A stretch of DNA of 64,000 nucleotides from NCBI RefSeq assembly GCF_009914755.1, contig NC_060946.1. The stretch is one strand, 5' to 3'. Source of the DNA: the human T2T-CHM13v2.0 reference genome, Homo sapiens. The notes under the pieces were generated by a model. It did no database searches and was not told the DNA's origin. It was given only the letters and a program-made list of their open reading frames with translations. A program made the position numbers and the translations under genes. Positions 61,299 through 64,000 of the stretch are shown piece after piece (the first letter of the stretch is position 1; each line of letters starts with the position of its first letter).

Positions 61299-62913
61299 CT
61301 AAAAAAAATGAGAATGATAATAACAGTACCAATGTCATAGAATTGTTCAGGGGCTTTGTTGTAAAAGTGTTTGATTGGTATGTAAGAAACACATGTGTTC
61401 TCACAGTCTCTTTCTCTCTCTTTCTCCTGCCCCTTCCCTTTTTTAACTGGTATTTTCTAGTTTTTAAAATGCTTCAAGTTTTTCTACCTTTACCATGTGC
61501 TGAATGGTCTTTGTTCCTATCTTTACCTCTTGGCACTGCCTCTATCTTCTGAGGTCCAGTTCACATGCCTCCTCCTCCAAGTAGCCCACTGTGCTTCACC
61601 CACCCACTAGACTAATCCCCACTCACTCCGGGTAACAGACTCCAGTGGTCTGCAGATACACCTGGCTCCCCTGATGCTCCTGTGATGGGGAATGTGACCT
61701 CCTGGCTCCCAGCTCTCTGGGGGTTCAGGGCCTCACTCCCTTTCCATAGGGCCCAGTTCAGTAAGTGACATTTTCTTATTGAGGCCACAGGACAAACTCA
61801 TAAAGTAGCTCTATGGTTTAACAAAACAAGAGTGTGGACTTGGGCTGGAATACCCTTCGGAGTCTCATGGCCTCACATGGGAGGCGAATCAGATTTAACA
61901 AACCCTAAACAAATATTTGTGCAGGCTTTACAGCAACTGAGTGAAGTGTTTCTTTCTTGTCCCCATTGTGTAGGTGAAGAAACTGAGGCCCAATGAGACA
62001 AAGGGACTTGCCCAGGGCCCCACTCCCAGGCATAGAAAGGGAGGGACTTAGGATTCAAGCCTGTCTACACCAGGGGTTCCCACCCTGAACCTCCTTCTCC
62101 TGGGAATCCCCAGACAAGCCCCATCACTGTTAGTTAACCCATACCTTTTCAGGGCTCTGGTGTGACTGGATATTATCTGATGTTTCCATGCAAGAACAAA
62201 GAAGTAAGGGGTATGTCTGCCATCGGAGGTCTGTGACTTCCAAATTCAGGGGAAAATGCCCTTTTGCTCTCAGAGTCCTTGACTAACCTGCTTTTAATTC
62301 CCCTGGACCATGCACATCTTTGTCCAGGTGCTGTTAGGAGTCCTTTCCCTTTAGGGATGGTGGATCCCTGAGGTCCCCAGAGCTACCTGACAGCCACAGG
62401 GCCAGCCTACCTGAGGCCTGGGGCCCAGCGTGGGTTCCCTAATTATTGCTGAAAACCATCTCTCGCCTGTCAACATTCTATAAATAGGGACCTGGAGGAA
62501 GAATAAAAAATACCACCGGCTCTTTTCCCCAGTGGGGGTGGGTTGAGTTAAAAAGCCTCTGAAATAGCAGCATCAATGGCGTAGGAAAGCTGGAGGGAGT
62601 TGGGAGAGCTGAGAGGTCACCTGGGACTGTTTTCATCCCTCAGAGGACCTGCCTGTGGGCCATGAGGATGATGGTGGTTTCCCCAAGGCCACACAGCATG
62701 GCCCTGTCTGATTCCTATTCCCCCAGGGACATGGTGTAGGAACATTTGGGATTGGGGAAGACTGGGCCTGGTGATCCCCAACCTGTGCTTCCTCCAGGTT
62801 TCCTTTGAACATGGCCATCTCTGGCTTTGTCACCTGTGCAGGTTACTTCCCCTTCCCTGGGCCTCAGATTCTGTGTCCCTAAAACAAGGTCCTTGCCAGC
62901 TCCAAGTCACTCA

Positions 62914-63245
<332 letters not shown>

Positions 63246-64000
63246 GCTGGATTAATGCTGAATACCATCTTTTGTCAGTGGCAGTGTGCATGAGTGTGCA
63301 CATGTGTCTGTATGAATGCAGTTCTCTTTAAAACTCAGTGACACGCTCAGGAAATTACCTGTGCAGAGAGTCAACTTATTACTAGTTAGAAGGCCCTTTG
63401 AGGGCAGAGTTTATAGAATCTCATAGTAACACTATACAATAATAATAATATAAGTTCTAGTCATGGCTACCATGTATGGCCTCAGAGAGGTTTATCGAGT
63501 TGCCCAAAGTCACACGGCTGGTGGGCAGCAGAACCAAGACCCAACCCAGGTCTGTCTGACCTCAGACCAGTTTTAACACCTGGACTTCCATATCAAGTAG
63601 GCTTTGTAGGATAAGTCGCTCAAACAAATCCCTTACCTGCACTTCTTTTGTTTTTTGTTTTGAAAGGCAGCACCCTGCTTTTCCTAGCCTTGCCCCCAGG
63701 CCTCACCAACAGAGTACTGACATGTTATTTATCATGAAAACATCTGAACAATAGCAGTTCCCAGAGCCAACCTTGCTGCCAAGTTGTTACCATGGGAGAT
63801 ATGTAGAATATGTGGGGGCAAGGAAAGAAACTTAGGAAGTGACATTGAGTCTGGGCTGCCTGGCTTTGACTCCCAGCACTGTGGCTTTGTTCCCCAGGGC
63901 AGGTGACTTCCCTTTGAACTTCAGTTTCCCCATCTGAAAAATGGGATACTGGCAATGGATAATGTTCCCCCCACTCCTCCAATGGGAGCAAAATATTTGA

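Overview
Primate (very likely human) genomic DNA, dense in Alu, MIR, L2 and MaLR/ERV repeats. There is no multi-exon CDS, so the window looks like the inside of one very long intron. The one clearly protein-like segment is a 95-codon ATG-initiated + strand exon (29460-29744, MDYLGDKLTVAQ...SEPPDI, phase-0 GT donor) just downstream of a CpG-island promoter (~28.1-29.2 kb). From memory, unverified, this is an internal alternative first coding exon of KIAA1671 (chr22q11.23), with the antisense KIAA1671-AS1 overlapping it. The most interesting pattern is a set of further ATG-to-phase-0-donor segments in unique sequence (16043, 23001, 28893, 54579, 59663). They encode quite different N-termini (MGxC lipidation-like, hydrophobic anchor, MGQ, basic/aromatic), and several lie near RFX X-boxes. 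This suggests a battery of variable first exons spliced to shared downstream exons, but it is inference and chance matches are possible. Other observations: a candidate intronic terminal exon, minus-strand splice signals, a 74-bp promoter duplicate with a dead donor, a head-to-tail array of L2 3' ends, a solo ERV1 LTR with a duplicated X-box, a tailless 5S fragment and a long (AC)n(TC)n tract. Nearly all other ORFs in the track are repeat-derived noise. Repeat family names and boundaries were assigned by eye and are approximate.
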